Shown here one piece after another: positions 24,873 through 34,416 of a stretch of DNA of 37,464 bases; position 1 is the stretch's first letter, and each line of letters starts with the position of its first letter. Both the position numbers and the translations under genes were made by a program. This DNA comes from Polyangiaceae bacterium (GTDB lineage Bacteria; Myxococcota_A; Polyangia; Polyangiales; Polyangiaceae). Below the pieces are notes generated by a model. The model was not told where the DNA came from and made no database searches. It saw only the letters and a list, made by a program, of their open reading frames with translations. The stretch is taken from assembly GCA_044222475.1 (NCBI GenBank), contig JBGANF010000079.1, positions 1-37,464 on the forward strand, in the 5' to 3' direction.

Positions 24873-27311
24873 GCCAGCCTCGACGGCGATGGTGACGCTC
24901 GGCGCGAGCCGATACCCGCTGCCCACGGTCTCGAGGAACGGCTTGAGACCCGCCTTGCGGAGCGTGCTCACCGCGACCTTCACGCGGTTCGCGATCGCCG
25001 ACGCCAGCGCGCGTTCGCCCGGCCACGCGGCCTCGAAGACTTCGCCGAACGAGAGCGTCGCTTCGGGGTCACGCTGTCTCCGGTCGAGGAGCGCCGCGAC
25101 GACGCGGCGAAGCGGCGACCGCTCCGGGAGGTGCACTCGACCCGACTCGATCTCGAACCACGCGCCATTCTTCGCGACCCGCAGCGCGGGCGGCGCAGCA
25201 GGCGTCGCCTCGGATCGAGGTGCATCCAGCGCGCTCCGCATGCGCCGGAGGGCGAGGCGTAGCTCGTCGCTCGACGGGACCTCCTTCGCGCGCCGCTCGA
25301 TCGCGGCGGCGTGCGCCGGGTCGACGTCTCCGTCCCGCGCGGCGGCGACCGCGAGGGCGAACGCGTCGAGCGCGACCTCGTCCCCGGGACGTGGCGACGT
25401 GAGCTCGCGGCGCGCGTCGCCCAAGAGACGCTCGGCCGCGTTGACGCGCCCGAGCGAGGCCTCGGCCGCGGCGCACGCCGCGAGCGCCAACGCGGCACCG
25501 CGTTGTTGCTTCGCGCGGAGCAGGACCGGGATCGCTCGCTGGTACAGCACCGTCGCGCGCGCAGCGTCGCCCGACTCGTGCGCGAGCTGCGCGAGCATGA
25601 CGAGCGCGACCGCCTCGATCGTCCCGGCCTGCTGCTCGGTCGCGATCCTCAGCGCTTCATCGAGGTGCTCGCGCGCGGCGTCGATCCGAGCGAGCTCGAT
25701 CTCGACCGCGCCGCACGTCGCGAGCGCCCACGCGCGAAGCGGCTCGTTTCGCGCGAGCCCGGCTGCTTCGGCGGTCTCGATGAAGCGCACGCGCGCGGCG
25801 TCGAGCTCGCCCGCGTGCTGGTGGATCTGCCCGAGCGCGCCCCGGACGAGCGCGCGAAGCTCGTCGGCGAATGGCTCCAGCGCGAGCGCATCCTCGAGAT
25901 CGCGACGGGCGGCGTCGTCGCGCCCGGCCCGCATCGCACCGAGCGCTCGATCGCGGAGGAAGGTCGCTCGGAGCCAGCGATCGCCGCTCCGCTCGACCGC
26001 GGCGCTCGCTCGAGCGAAGAGCGCGCTCGCGTCTTCGCCCGCCTGCACGCGAACCAATGCGGCCTTCGTCGCCGCGAGCGCTTCGATGAACGCACTCTCC
26101 GAGCCCACGACCTCGAGCGCGGCGTCCATGTCGGCGCGACCGCGCTGAAGCGCGCCGATCTGAAACGACGCTCGACCCCGCACGACCAGCACTCGCGCGT
26201 GAAACGAGGTGCCTCGCGATGCTGCCTCGACTGCGTCGAGGAGCGGCATCATCCGCTGCGCCACCGACGGCACGGCGTCGAGAGCGGCAACCGCCATGGC
26301 TGCGACCTCGACGTCGCCTCGCGCGAGTGCGCGCTGCGCCGCAGCCTCGACGTCGAGCGCGAGGGTCTCGAGATCCGCCTGCGCGCGCGGGGCACCCGCT
26401 CTCACTTCGCCGGCGAGCGAGCCGGCGTGCTCCGCGATCGCTCGCCCGACGTCGTCGGCGATGGCGCCAGAGACTCGGGCGATGGCGACGTCGCGCACGG
26501 AGTCGTAGATGGCATAGCGAACTGCACCCGCCGCGCGCTGAGTCGCGAGGAGCGAGCGCGCGTGCATCGCTTCGAGCGCGTGCGCGTCGCCGCCCAACCG
26601 CTCGAGCAGTCGAAGGTCGAAGCTCGCGGACACCAGCGCGAGTCGATCGAACACCGCGCGCGCTTCCTCCGGGAGCGACGCGACCGTGGACTCGATCTCG
26701 GCCGCGAGGAGCCCGGCACCGAGGACACCACGCGCTCGGATCTGGCGCGCGAGCTCGGCCGCGCCGAGGAGAGACAGACGCGGCGCGGCGAGGACCAGCG
26801 CGATCGGGAGCCCACCGAGGGTCCGCGCGAGGTCCTCGAGGGCCTTCTGCTCGATCGAGTCCGGCGCGTAGTCCGGAGCGGTCCTTCGCGCGAGCTCGAC
26901 GAGGAGCGCGACGCTCTCCGCGATCGGGAGCGGCTCGAGGCGTACCGCGCGCTCGCCCTCGAGGCGCGGCGCGAGCCGTGATGCGAGTACGAGTCGATCG
27001 GAGGGCGCGCTTTCGAGCATCGACGCGAGGAGGTCGAGCGCGCTGCGGTCGAGCGTCTCGGCGTCGTCGAGGAAGAACGCGTGCGCCGGTCGCTCGGCCT
27101 TGGGGAGGTCGTCCCCGAGGCGCGCTGCGACGTCGTCTTTCGTGACGCAGCCCCGCAGCGACCGCACGACTGCTCCCTCGGCGCTCGCCAGCGCGGCGAG
27201 GAGCGTGCTCTTGCCGACGCCGGCGGTTCCGGTCACGAGCACCGAGCGCGCACCGTCGGCGAAATGCGCAGCAACTGCGTCCATCTCGCGCGTGTGCGTC
27301 GGAGCCATCAC
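24858..27311 (-). CDS. STAND-type ATPase-TPR protein with C-terminal OmpR-like winged HTH
   Basis: Walker A GTAGVGKS, Walker B FFLDDAE, GGLPIAL (GxP), helical repeats, C-terminal AWPGE..NRVKVAVSTLRK..GYRL. Confidence 0.78.
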   Translation of the reverse strand: MMAPTHTREMDAVAAHFADGARSVLVTGTAGVGKSTLLAALASAEGAVVRSLRGCVTKDDVAARLGDDLPKAERPAHAFFLDDAETLDRSALDLLASMLESAPSDRLVLASRLAPRLEGERAVRLEPLPIAESVALLVELARRTAPDYAPDSIEQKALEDLARTLGGLPIALVLAAPRLSLLGAAELARQIRARGVLGAGLLAAEIESTVASLPEEARAVFDRLALVSASFDLRLLERLGGDAHALEAMHARSLLATQRAAGAVRYAIYDSVRDVAIARVSGAIADDVGRAIAEHAGSLAGEVRAGAPRAQADLETLALDVEAAAQRALARGDVEVAAMAVAALDAVPSVAQRMMPLLDAVEAASRGTSFHARVLVVRGRASFQIGALQRGRADMDAALEVVGSESAFIEALAATKAALVRVQAGEDASALFARASAAVERSGDRWLRATFLRDRALGAMRAGRDDAARRDLEDALALEPFADELRALVRGALGQIHQHAGELDAARVRFIETAEAAGLARNEPLRAWALATCGAVEIELARIDAAREHLDEALRIATEQQAGTIEAVALVMLAQLAHESGDAARATVLYQRAIPVLLRAKQQRGAALALAACAAAEASLGRVNAAERLLGDARRELTSPRPGDEVALDAFALAVAAARDGDVDPAHAAAIERRAKEVPSSDELRLALRRMRSALDAPRSEATPAAPPALRVAKNGAWFEIESGRVHLPERSPLRRVVAALLDRRQRDPEATLSFGEVFEAAWPGERALASAIANRVKVAVSTLRKAGLKPFLETVGSGYRLAPSVTIAVEAGLTAG

Positions 27312-27343
27312 CAGAGAAAGTAGCGCAATTCCGCTCGCCCCCT

Positions 27344-27373
27344 TTGCAATGCGCCCGGTCGGTTCTCTATAAG
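27344..27373 (+). promoter_or_regulatory. Putative promoter of sdhAB
   Basis: TTGCAA-N18-TATAAG, 6 nt before ATG 27380. Confidence 0.5.
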
Positions 27374-27379
27374 CTAGGC

Positions 27380-29425
27380 ATGGCGAACAAGAGCGTCTCC
27401 CGGAGCGAATCGGGCAAGGTCCGTCGCGTGATCGTCGTCGGCGGCGGGCTCGCGGGACTGATGACCACGATCAAGCTCGCCGAGGCCGGCGTACCGGTCG
27501 ATCTCTTCTCCCTCGTGCCGGTCAAGCGCTCGCACTCGGTGTGCGCGCAGGGCGGGATCAACGCCTCGGTCAACACCAAGGGCGAGGGTGACTCACCTCA
27601 GGTCCACCTCGAAGAGACGGCGTACGGCGGAGATTTTCTCGCGAACCAGCCGCCGATCAAGGGCATGGCCGCCGCCGCGCCGGGCATCGTCTACATGCTC
27701 GACCGCATGGGCGTGCCGTTCAACCGCACGGCCGAAGGCCTCCTCGATTTCCGCCGCTTCGGGGGCACCTTGTTCCACCGCACCGCGTTCGCCGGCGCGA
27801 CGACCGGGCAGCAGCTCCTCTACGCGCTCGACGAGCAGGTCCGTCGCTTCGAGACCGTCGACGTCGAAGACGACAAGGGAGCCGTGATCCGCGGCGAGAA
27901 GATGGTGCGGAAGTTCGAGTTCTGGGACTTCCTCTCGATCGTCCAAGACGACGAAGGTCGCGCGCGCGGCATCGTCGCGCAGGACCTGAAGTCGATGCAG
28001 ATCAAGTCGTTCCCCGGTGACGCGGTGTGCCTCGCGACCGGCGGACCGGGGATCATCTTCGGACGCTCGACCAACAGCGTCATCTGCACCGGGACCGCGG
28101 CGGCGAGCGTCTATCAGCAGGGAGCCTGCTACGCCAACGGCGAGTTCATCCAGATCCACCCGACCGCGATCCCAGGCGCCGACAAGCTGCGCCTCATCTC
28201 GGAGAGCGCGCGCGGCGAAGGCGGTCGCGTGTGGGTCCCGAAGGACGCCAAAGAGAAGCGCGACGGCCGCGACGTTCCGGAGAAAGACCGCTGGTATTTC
28301 CTCGAGGAGCGCTACCCCGGATACGGCAACCTCGTCCCGCGCGACATCGCGAGTCGAAACCTCTTCCAAGTGTGCCTCGACGAGAAGCGCGGCATCTACA
28401 ACTCGAAGAGCAACAAGAACGAGAACGAGGTCTACCTCGACCTCACCCACATCCCGAAGGAAACGCTCAAGCGAAAGCTCGCCGGCATCCTCGAGATCTA
28501 CGAGAAGTTCGTGGGCGAGGACCCGTACGAGAACCCGATGCGCGTGTTCCCCGCCGTCCACTACTCGATGGGCGGCCTCTGGATCGACTTCGAGCGCAGC
28601 ACCGACGGCTCGCTCGCGGTGGGCTCGCCGCGGAACCACGCGACGAACATCGAGGGGCTCTACGCCGCCGGTGAGGTCGACTACCAGTACCACGGCGCAA
28701 ATCGCCTCGGCGCGAACTCCCTCCTCTCGTGCATCTACGCCGGGATGGTCTGCGGGCCGGCGATCGCGTCGTACCGCTCGGGGCTCGAGAAGAGCAGCTA
28801 CGACGTCGGCAGCGCCATCTTCGAGAAGGCCGAGAAGCGCGAACAGAAGAAGTGGGAGTCGATCCTGAAGATGGACGGCGACGAGAACCCGTTCGCGCTC
28901 CACGAAGAGCTCGGCGCGATGATGCTCCGCGACGTGACGATCGAACGCCACAACGACAAGCTCGACAAGGTCATCGCATCGATCGACGAGCTGGAGCTGC
29001 GCGCGAAGAAGGTCAACGTCCTCGACTCGTCGTCGCGCGCGAACCAGAGCGCCCAGTTCGTCCGCCACCTGTTCAACATGATCGTCCTCGCTCGCGTCAT
29101 CGCTCAAGGCGCGCGCAACCGCGACGAGTCGCGCGGCGCGCACTACAAGCCGGCGTTCGTCGAGCGGGACGACAAGAACTGGCTCCGCACGACCCTCGCG
29201 TTCCACCAGGCGGCGGCGAAGGGCGGTACCAGTCAGGTCAAGTTCGCGCGCGACTTCGCCTACCCGCTTCTGGGGAAGTCCGTCGCCATCACCGACCAGG
29301 TCGACGTCTCGCTCGTGAAGCCGCGAGCGCGCAAGTACGACCAAGCCGGAGCGGCCAGCGCAGTCACCCAGAAGGCGCAAGCCGAAGCGGCCAAGAAGAA
29401 GGAGTCCTCGGCCAGCGCCGAGTGA
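27380..29425 (+). CDS. sdhA: Succinate dehydrogenase flavoprotein subunit
   Basis: VVGGGLAG, RSHSVCAQGGIN (FAD-His), QIHPT, SESARGEGG, HYSMGG, HGANRLGANSL and ESRGAH. Confidence 0.95.
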   Translation: MANKSVSRSESGKVRRVIVVGGGLAGLMTTIKLAEAGVPVDLFSLVPVKRSHSVCAQGGINASVNTKGEGDSPQVHLEETAYGGDFLANQPPIKGMAAAAPGIVYMLDRMGVPFNRTAEGLLDFRRFGGTLFHRTAFAGATTGQQLLYALDEQVRRFETVDVEDDKGAVIRGEKMVRKFEFWDFLSIVQDDEGRARGIVAQDLKSMQIKSFPGDAVCLATGGPGIIFGRSTNSVICTGTAAASVYQQGACYANGEFIQIHPTAIPGADKLRLISESARGEGGRVWVPKDAKEKRDGRDVPEKDRWYFLEERYPGYGNLVPRDIASRNLFQVCLDEKRGIYNSKSNKNENEVYLDLTHIPKETLKRKLAGILEIYEKFVGEDPYENPMRVFPAVHYSMGGLWIDFERSTDGSLAVGSPRNHATNIEGLYAAGEVDYQYHGANRLGANSLLSCIYAGMVCGPAIASYRSGLEKSSYDVGSAIFEKAEKREQKKWESILKMDGDENPFALHEELGAMMLRDVTIERHNDKLDKVIASIDELELRAKKVNVLDSSSRANQSAQFVRHLFNMIVLARVIAQGARNRDESRGAHYKPAFVERDDKNWLRTTLAFHQAAAKGGTSQVKFARDFAYPLLGKSVAITDQVDVSLVKPRARKYDQAGAASAVTQKAQAEAAKKKESSASAE

Positions 29426-29433
29426 GGAGAGCC

Positions 29434-30204
29434 ATGGCATCGCGTGAAAAGACGATCCGCCTGAAGATCCTCCGCCAAGACGGCCCGGAGCAACCCGAGA
29501 CCAAGCGCTGGGAGGAGTTCGACATCCCCTGGCATCCGCAGATGAACGTGATCTCGGCGCTCATGGAGATCCGCAAGAAGCCGCAGACGATCGACGGCAA
29601 GGACGTCGCGCCCGTCGTCTGGGAGTCGAGCTGCCTCGAAGAGGTGTGCGGCGCGTGCACGATGGTCGTCAACGGCCGCGTCCGACAGTCGTGCACCGCG
29701 CTCATCGATCAGATCAGCCCGGCGGGCGAGCCGATCACGCTCCAGCCGATGACGAAGTTCCCGCTCATCCGGGATCTCGTCGTCGACCGCTCGCGGATGT
29801 TCGACTCGCTGAAGAAGGTCAAAGCCTGGATCCAACTCGACGGGAGCTACGAGCTCGGTCCCGGCCCTCGTCAGAGCCAGGAAGACCAAGAGGAGGTCTA
29901 CCCGCTCTCGCGCTGCATGACGTGCGGCTGCTGCCTCGAGGCCTGTCCGCAGGTGAACGACTCGTCGAGCTTCATCGGCCCGGCAGCGATCAGCCAGGTT
30001 CGCTACTTCAACATGCACCCGAGCGGGAAGATGCACGCCCACGAGCGCCTCGAAGCGCTGATGGACGAAGACGGCGTCGTCGGCTGCGGCAAGGCGCAGA
30101 ACTGCGTCGAGGTGTGTCCGAAGGAGATCCCCCTCGTCGACTCCATCGCGGTCGTCTCGCGCGAGACCACGAAGCACATGCTCTTCCGGTGGCTCCTGAA
30201 GTGA
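29434..30204 (+). CDS. sdhB: Succinate dehydrogenase iron-sulfur subunit
   Basis: CLEEVCGAC..C, CMTCGCCLEACP and CGKAQNCVEVCPK; SD GAGGAG. Confidence 0.95.
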   Translation: MASREKTIRLKILRQDGPEQPETKRWEEFDIPWHPQMNVISALMEIRKKPQTIDGKDVAPVVWESSCLEEVCGACTMVVNGRVRQSCTALIDQISPAGEPITLQPMTKFPLIRDLVVDRSRMFDSLKKVKAWIQLDGSYELGPGPRQSQEDQEEVYPLSRCMTCGCCLEACPQVNDSSSFIGPAAISQVRYFNMHPSGKMHAHERLEALMDEDGVVGCGKAQNCVEVCPKEIPLVDSIAVVSRETTKHMLFRWLLK

Positions 30205-31041
30205 TCATCGACGCGCTCCTCGACGAGGCCGCCCAGGTCGGTCTCGCGACGACGCTGGAGGACCACTGGTCACGCGTCGAAGCGTTCGACACGCGGTTCA
30301 CCGACACCGTCGATCGCGCCGCGTTCGGCGGGTTCTCGTCCGATCGGCTCGGGTTCGCGTTCGTGGCCGGCTATCGGGCGGCGCTCCAACGGCTCGTGCC
30401 CAGCCTCGGAGGTCGTCGCGCATGTCTGTGCGCCACCGAAGAGGGCGGCGCTCACCCGCGCGCGATCAAGGCGACGCTCGCCGACGGACGGCTCCGTGGA
30501 ACGAAGACCTTCGCGACCTTGGCGAGCCACGCCGAGGAGCTGCTCGTCGTCGTCTCGGTCGGCGAGCGCGAAGGGCGCAACGAGCTGCGCGTCGCACGGA
30601 TCCCTCGATCGCGCGCGGGCGTCGTCGTCGAAGAGAAGGCTCCGTGGCCGGTCGCGCCGGAGATCCCGCACGCGATCGTGCGATTCGAAGACGTCGCGGT
30701 CGCCGAAGGAGACCTCCTCGAGGGTGACGGATACGCCCGCTACCTGAAGCCTCAGCGTCGGGCGGATCGCCGGCTGGGAGCGTGCCTCACTCGAAACCAT
30801 CGCCGCGTCGATCTCGTCGCTTCGCGCGATCGCTGCGTTCGATCCGTCCCAACGTGGTACGCACCTCGCGCTCGCTGGCACGATCGCTGCGGTGGAGCGC
30901 GTGGTCGCGACCCTCGACTTCTCGAAGGCCCCGAGTGAGACGCGGGAGCGCTGGGAACGAGACGCCCCTCTTCTTCAGGTCGCGGGCAAGGCGCGCGCGG
31001 CTCGGCGCGACGCGGCGTGGCGCTCGCTCGACGGCGAGTGA
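30201..31041 (+). pseudogene. Acyl-CoA dehydrogenase-like gene, frameshifted at about 30750
   Basis: Frame from GTG 30201: GYRAALQRL, LCATEEGGAHPRAI, LRGTKTF, PEIPHA, GDGYARYLKP. The protein-like C-terminus (LSVGRIAGW...HLALAG...ERWERDAPLLQVAGKARAARRDAAW) continues in a different frame from 30751 to TGA 31039-31041. Confidence 0.75.
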
Positions 31042-31220
31042 TGGCACCGGCGAAACGCGCGGTGCGGAAGTGGTGGCGCCAATGACACGACAGGGTCGGT
31101 GCTTTGCGCCAGGATCGAGCACGACCTGCGGCGAACCGGAGCTGCTCGAACATCGGCGTGCCGGGCTTTGCCCTTGCACTGTCTCTACCGACGGTGCGCG
31201 CGCGCGACCCTGACGGGCTC

Positions 31221-34200
31221 TCAGCGGAGCGCGTCGATCGCGCGGAGCAGCTCGGACAGGTCCACGTCGACGATCTCGGCGAACGACTTCGCTCCGTACA
31301 GGGTGACGACACCGAGAGTCTGCATCTTCTCCGCCGACAGCGCGCGGAGACCGTGCCCGGGTGTGGCGCTGAGGTACGCGTATGCCGTACCGCCGTCGCT
31401 CTTGCGAAGACTGAAGCGCCCGTGCGCCCACCCCATCGCGTCGAAGATCGAGACGACGCGGCGCGCGGGGACGATGCGACCCGTCGCCGAGTCGATCTTG
31501 GTTCCGGCGCGCACCGACTCGCTCATGACGAAGATCGCGCGGCCGAGCTGCTCGAACGGCTGCACGATCGCGTAGTCGGCGAAGACCGTCGACCAGGCGC
31601 CTATGAGCTCGGGGTCGAGGCTCAGCGGGTGAGGCAGGTGGATCGACTCGTCGGCAGGAAGCTCGATCGTCCGATCGTCGAGGCTCGTGATCGCGCCGTC
31701 GTCGGCGATCCGAAATGTGAGCGCGCCGCTCGACCACACGAGCCGTCGAGCGAGGATGGAGAGGAACGGGTGGCGCAGAAGGTGGTCGGTGAACGCATCA
31801 CGCTTCCAGCGTTGACCGACGACCATCGCGCGCTCGAGGCGTCGAGTCTGGGTCCGCGCGGCGATCTTGGCCTCGGCCGCGATCCAACGCCAACGCTCGG
31901 CGGCGACCTCGGCCTTCGCGGCGTCGTCGCGGGCGCTCGGCCGCGGGAGCTGCGCGAGGCGCCGGCCGTCCTCTCCGATCAGCGTCGGCGTGAGGTCGTC
32001 CAGGAGGCTCACGCGGAACGTTCGACCGCCGAGGTCGAGGACGATCGCGCTGCCCTTCTCTGCGCCGAAGGTCGGCGCGATGCGATCGAGCAGCTCCGGC
32101 GTGGTGATCGACCGCGCCTTCGCCGCACCATCGAGGATCGCTCGCGCGACGATGCGGACCGGCTCGACGGCTTTTCCTTCCGCGACGCGAGCGACGAGCG
32201 CCAGCGCTTCCTCCGTGCCTGCCGCCTCGATCGCGTCGAGCACCAGCGCGGCGCGCTTGCCGCTGCGAATCGCCCAGTAGTGCAGGAACGGCCATACGCG
32301 GCGGAGCGTCGTCGTCGTCCCGAGCCACGGTACCGCGTAGGTGAGCCACGCGGACGAGCTCGTCGCACCCGCGATCGCCCAGTCCTGGAAGATCGCGAAG
32401 GCGAACTCGTCGCGTGATCCCGGATCGAGCGCGTCGCGGAGCTCGGACAATCGGCGATCGGGGGAGTGGGGCGCAGCCGCGCGAAGAGCATCGACCACGC
32501 GACGCACGGCGGCATCGGGGAGCGTGCGACCGTCGAGCAGGCGGAGCGGGGGCAGCGGAACGAGCTGTCGCGGCGCGCGCTCCGGTGGTGCCAGGTCGAG
32601 GAGATCGCGATCGAGCCACTCTTCCGTCTCGCTCCTCGCGCCCAGACTCTCGGCGGCGCGCACGACTGCAGAGCGGTCGGCGCGAGCGATCCACCGAAGC
32701 GCCGTCTCGGCATCGTGCTTCTTCCGTCCCGGCGGCCCGAACGCGAACGGGATCAGCCCGCGCCCCGCGATCTCGGCGTTCTCGACGAGCCACTCGCGGG
32801 CGCGACGGCGGCGCGCGATCGATCGCAGCGCGCGCGCGCAGACGATCGCCACCGCCGGCGACCGGCAACGGACGAGGTCGTCGAACGCATCTCGCGCGAG
32901 GAGGCCTGGAAACGCTGCGTCCCCGTGGAGCGCGAGCATGTGGGTGGTCGGATGGCGGTGAGGCGCCGTGGGCTCCGCGTTCCAGAGGGCGAGGCCTTCG
33001 TCGTTGGGGACTCCCCAATGGACCCACTTTCCGTTCTCCCACTGTGCCCAGACGTCGACGTAGCGAACGTTCACGGCGAGCGCGCGCCAGCGGGCGAGCA
33101 CCTCCTCGGTCATGATGCGGCCGGTCGACGTGTCCGGCGTCACGAGACATCGCTCTCGCTCCCCTTCCGCCCACGGAAACTGCGCTTCCCGTGGCGGGTG
33201 TGGAAGGCCGAGATCGGGAGTGATCGGCAGCGTGCGCGCGCGCGGTAGGAGCCACGCTGGGAGATCCGGAAGATCGGGTGCGGGCGAGCGAGGCGCGAGG
33301 CTCGAGCGAACGCGCCGGCTCACGTCGCCGATGACGCTCTTCTGCTCGCACTGTGCTGCGAGGGCCTCGTCGGCGAGCATCGGGTGAGCACGAAACCAGT
33401 CCCGGGCCCAACGTCCGTACGCGGGGTGCAGCAACTGGGGCGCCAGCGCGCGACCGATCCCGAGCGTGCGAAGCGCGAGGAGCGCGACGCCGAGCGCCTC
33501 GCTCTCCGGCACCGCCATGCGACGGTTCTCGATCGAGCGCCGAAACAGCGCGCCCACGACGTCGGTCGCATCTTCGGGCGATAGACGAAGAACGGCGTCG
33601 CACACGTACGCCGACGCGTACCACCCCGCCCAGACCGTCACCTTCGCGATCCACTCCAAGAGGAGCTTCGGATCGTCGACCGATCCGAAGAGCACTGCGA
33701 ACGTGTGGAAGTTGGTGCGCTGCGGCGGCGTTGCCAGCACCGATCGGAGGTCGTCGATGGCCCACGCGGGCTCTTCGGGGAAGACGAAGCTGAGCGCTGC
33801 CCGGAGGACCGGGTGTGCGCTCTCGCGCGCCCTCTGGGCGAAGTCGCGCGCCTCGGCGTAGCTCGCGTCGTCGGTCCGGCACAGCAGGGCTCGCAGCTGG
33901 GGCAGACGCGACGAGCCGGGGTCGGCGAGCCAGCCGCCGCTTCGTTGCCCGATCACGTAGCGCGACTGCCCTCCGATCGCGACGCTCGTGGGGCCGAGCT
34001 CGAAGGACCGCAGCTTGACGTCGAGCGCGCGCGCCAGCCCCCACCGCTCGGCGATCGCGGGCATCCAGGAAGCGCCATCGGCCATCGCCTCCGCCGCCGC
34101 GAGGAGCTCGCGATCGAACTCTGCGGGAAGCGCGCCTTGCGTGAACAGGGACGAAGCCCTCAGCGTGAGCTGCGCGGCCTCGACCTCCTTCGCGGCGTCC

Positions 34201-34277
34201 GTGGGGCCGTGGTAGCGACCCCCCTCCTTGAAGCCACGCTGGAGCGCGGCGAGCGCGGCGCTGGCCGTCGGTACCAC
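31221..34277 (-). CDS. DUF4132 domain-containing protein
   Basis: ELLDRIAPTFG, LDLGGRTFRV, RRLERAMVVGQRW, HPFL..LARRLVW and FADYAIVQPFEQLGR. Start uncertain: GTG 34277 chosen, frame open to 34373. Confidence 0.75.
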   Translation of the reverse strand: MVPTASAALAALQRGFKEGGRYHGPTDAAKEVEAAQLTLRASSLFTQGALPAEFDRELLAAAEAMADGASWMPAIAERWGLARALDVKLRSFELGPTSVAIGGQSRYVIGQRSGGWLADPGSSRLPQLRALLCRTDDASYAEARDFAQRARESAHPVLRAALSFVFPEEPAWAIDDLRSVLATPPQRTNFHTFAVLFGSVDDPKLLLEWIAKVTVWAGWYASAYVCDAVLRLSPEDATDVVGALFRRSIENRRMAVPESEALGVALLALRTLGIGRALAPQLLHPAYGRWARDWFRAHPMLADEALAAQCEQKSVIGDVSRRVRSSLAPRSPAPDLPDLPAWLLPRARTLPITPDLGLPHPPREAQFPWAEGERERCLVTPDTSTGRIMTEEVLARWRALAVNVRYVDVWAQWENGKWVHWGVPNDEGLALWNAEPTAPHRHPTTHMLALHGDAAFPGLLARDAFDDLVRCRSPAVAIVCARALRSIARRRRAREWLVENAEIAGRGLIPFAFGPPGRKKHDAETALRWIARADRSAVVRAAESLGARSETEEWLDRDLLDLAPPERAPRQLVPLPPLRLLDGRTLPDAAVRRVVDALRAAAPHSPDRRLSELRDALDPGSRDEFAFAIFQDWAIAGATSSSAWLTYAVPWLGTTTTLRRVWPFLHYWAIRSGKRAALVLDAIEAAGTEEALALVARVAEGKAVEPVRIVARAILDGAAKARSITTPELLDRIAPTFGAEKGSAIVLDLGGRTFRVSLLDDLTPTLIGEDGRRLAQLPRPSARDDAAKAEVAAERWRWIAAEAKIAARTQTRRLERAMVVGQRWKRDAFTDHLLRHPFLSILARRLVWSSGALTFRIADDGAITSLDDRTIELPADESIHLPHPLSLDPELIGAWSTVFADYAIVQPFEQLGRAIFVMSESVRAGTKIDSATGRIVPARRVVSIFDAMGWAHGRFSLRKSDGGTAYAYLSATPGHGLRALSAEKMQTLGVVTLYGAKSFAEIVDVDLSELLRAIDALR

Positions 34278-34416
34278 ATTGGGACGATTCGGCCGCGCGT
34301 CGAGGCGATCCAGCACGGCGTGGCCGCGACGCGCGTGAAGTCGGCGTAAAAAGCGGGCCGTCGTGACGAGCACGCAGAGAGGTTACACCGCGGGCGATCT
34401 GATCTATCGTAGTCGC

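Noticed and set aside
24373..27379. Insert between sdhC and sdhA as a mobile element
   Set aside because: No transposase, integrase, terminal inverted repeats or target duplication seen.
31042..31220. Intergenic region with hairpins and minus-strand GGGCAAA...GGCGCAAAGC words resembling a c-di-GMP-I riboswitch
   Set aside because: The spacing between the words is much longer than in the riboswitch, and the region lies between convergent genes with no downstream ORF to control. An Rfam search would settle it.
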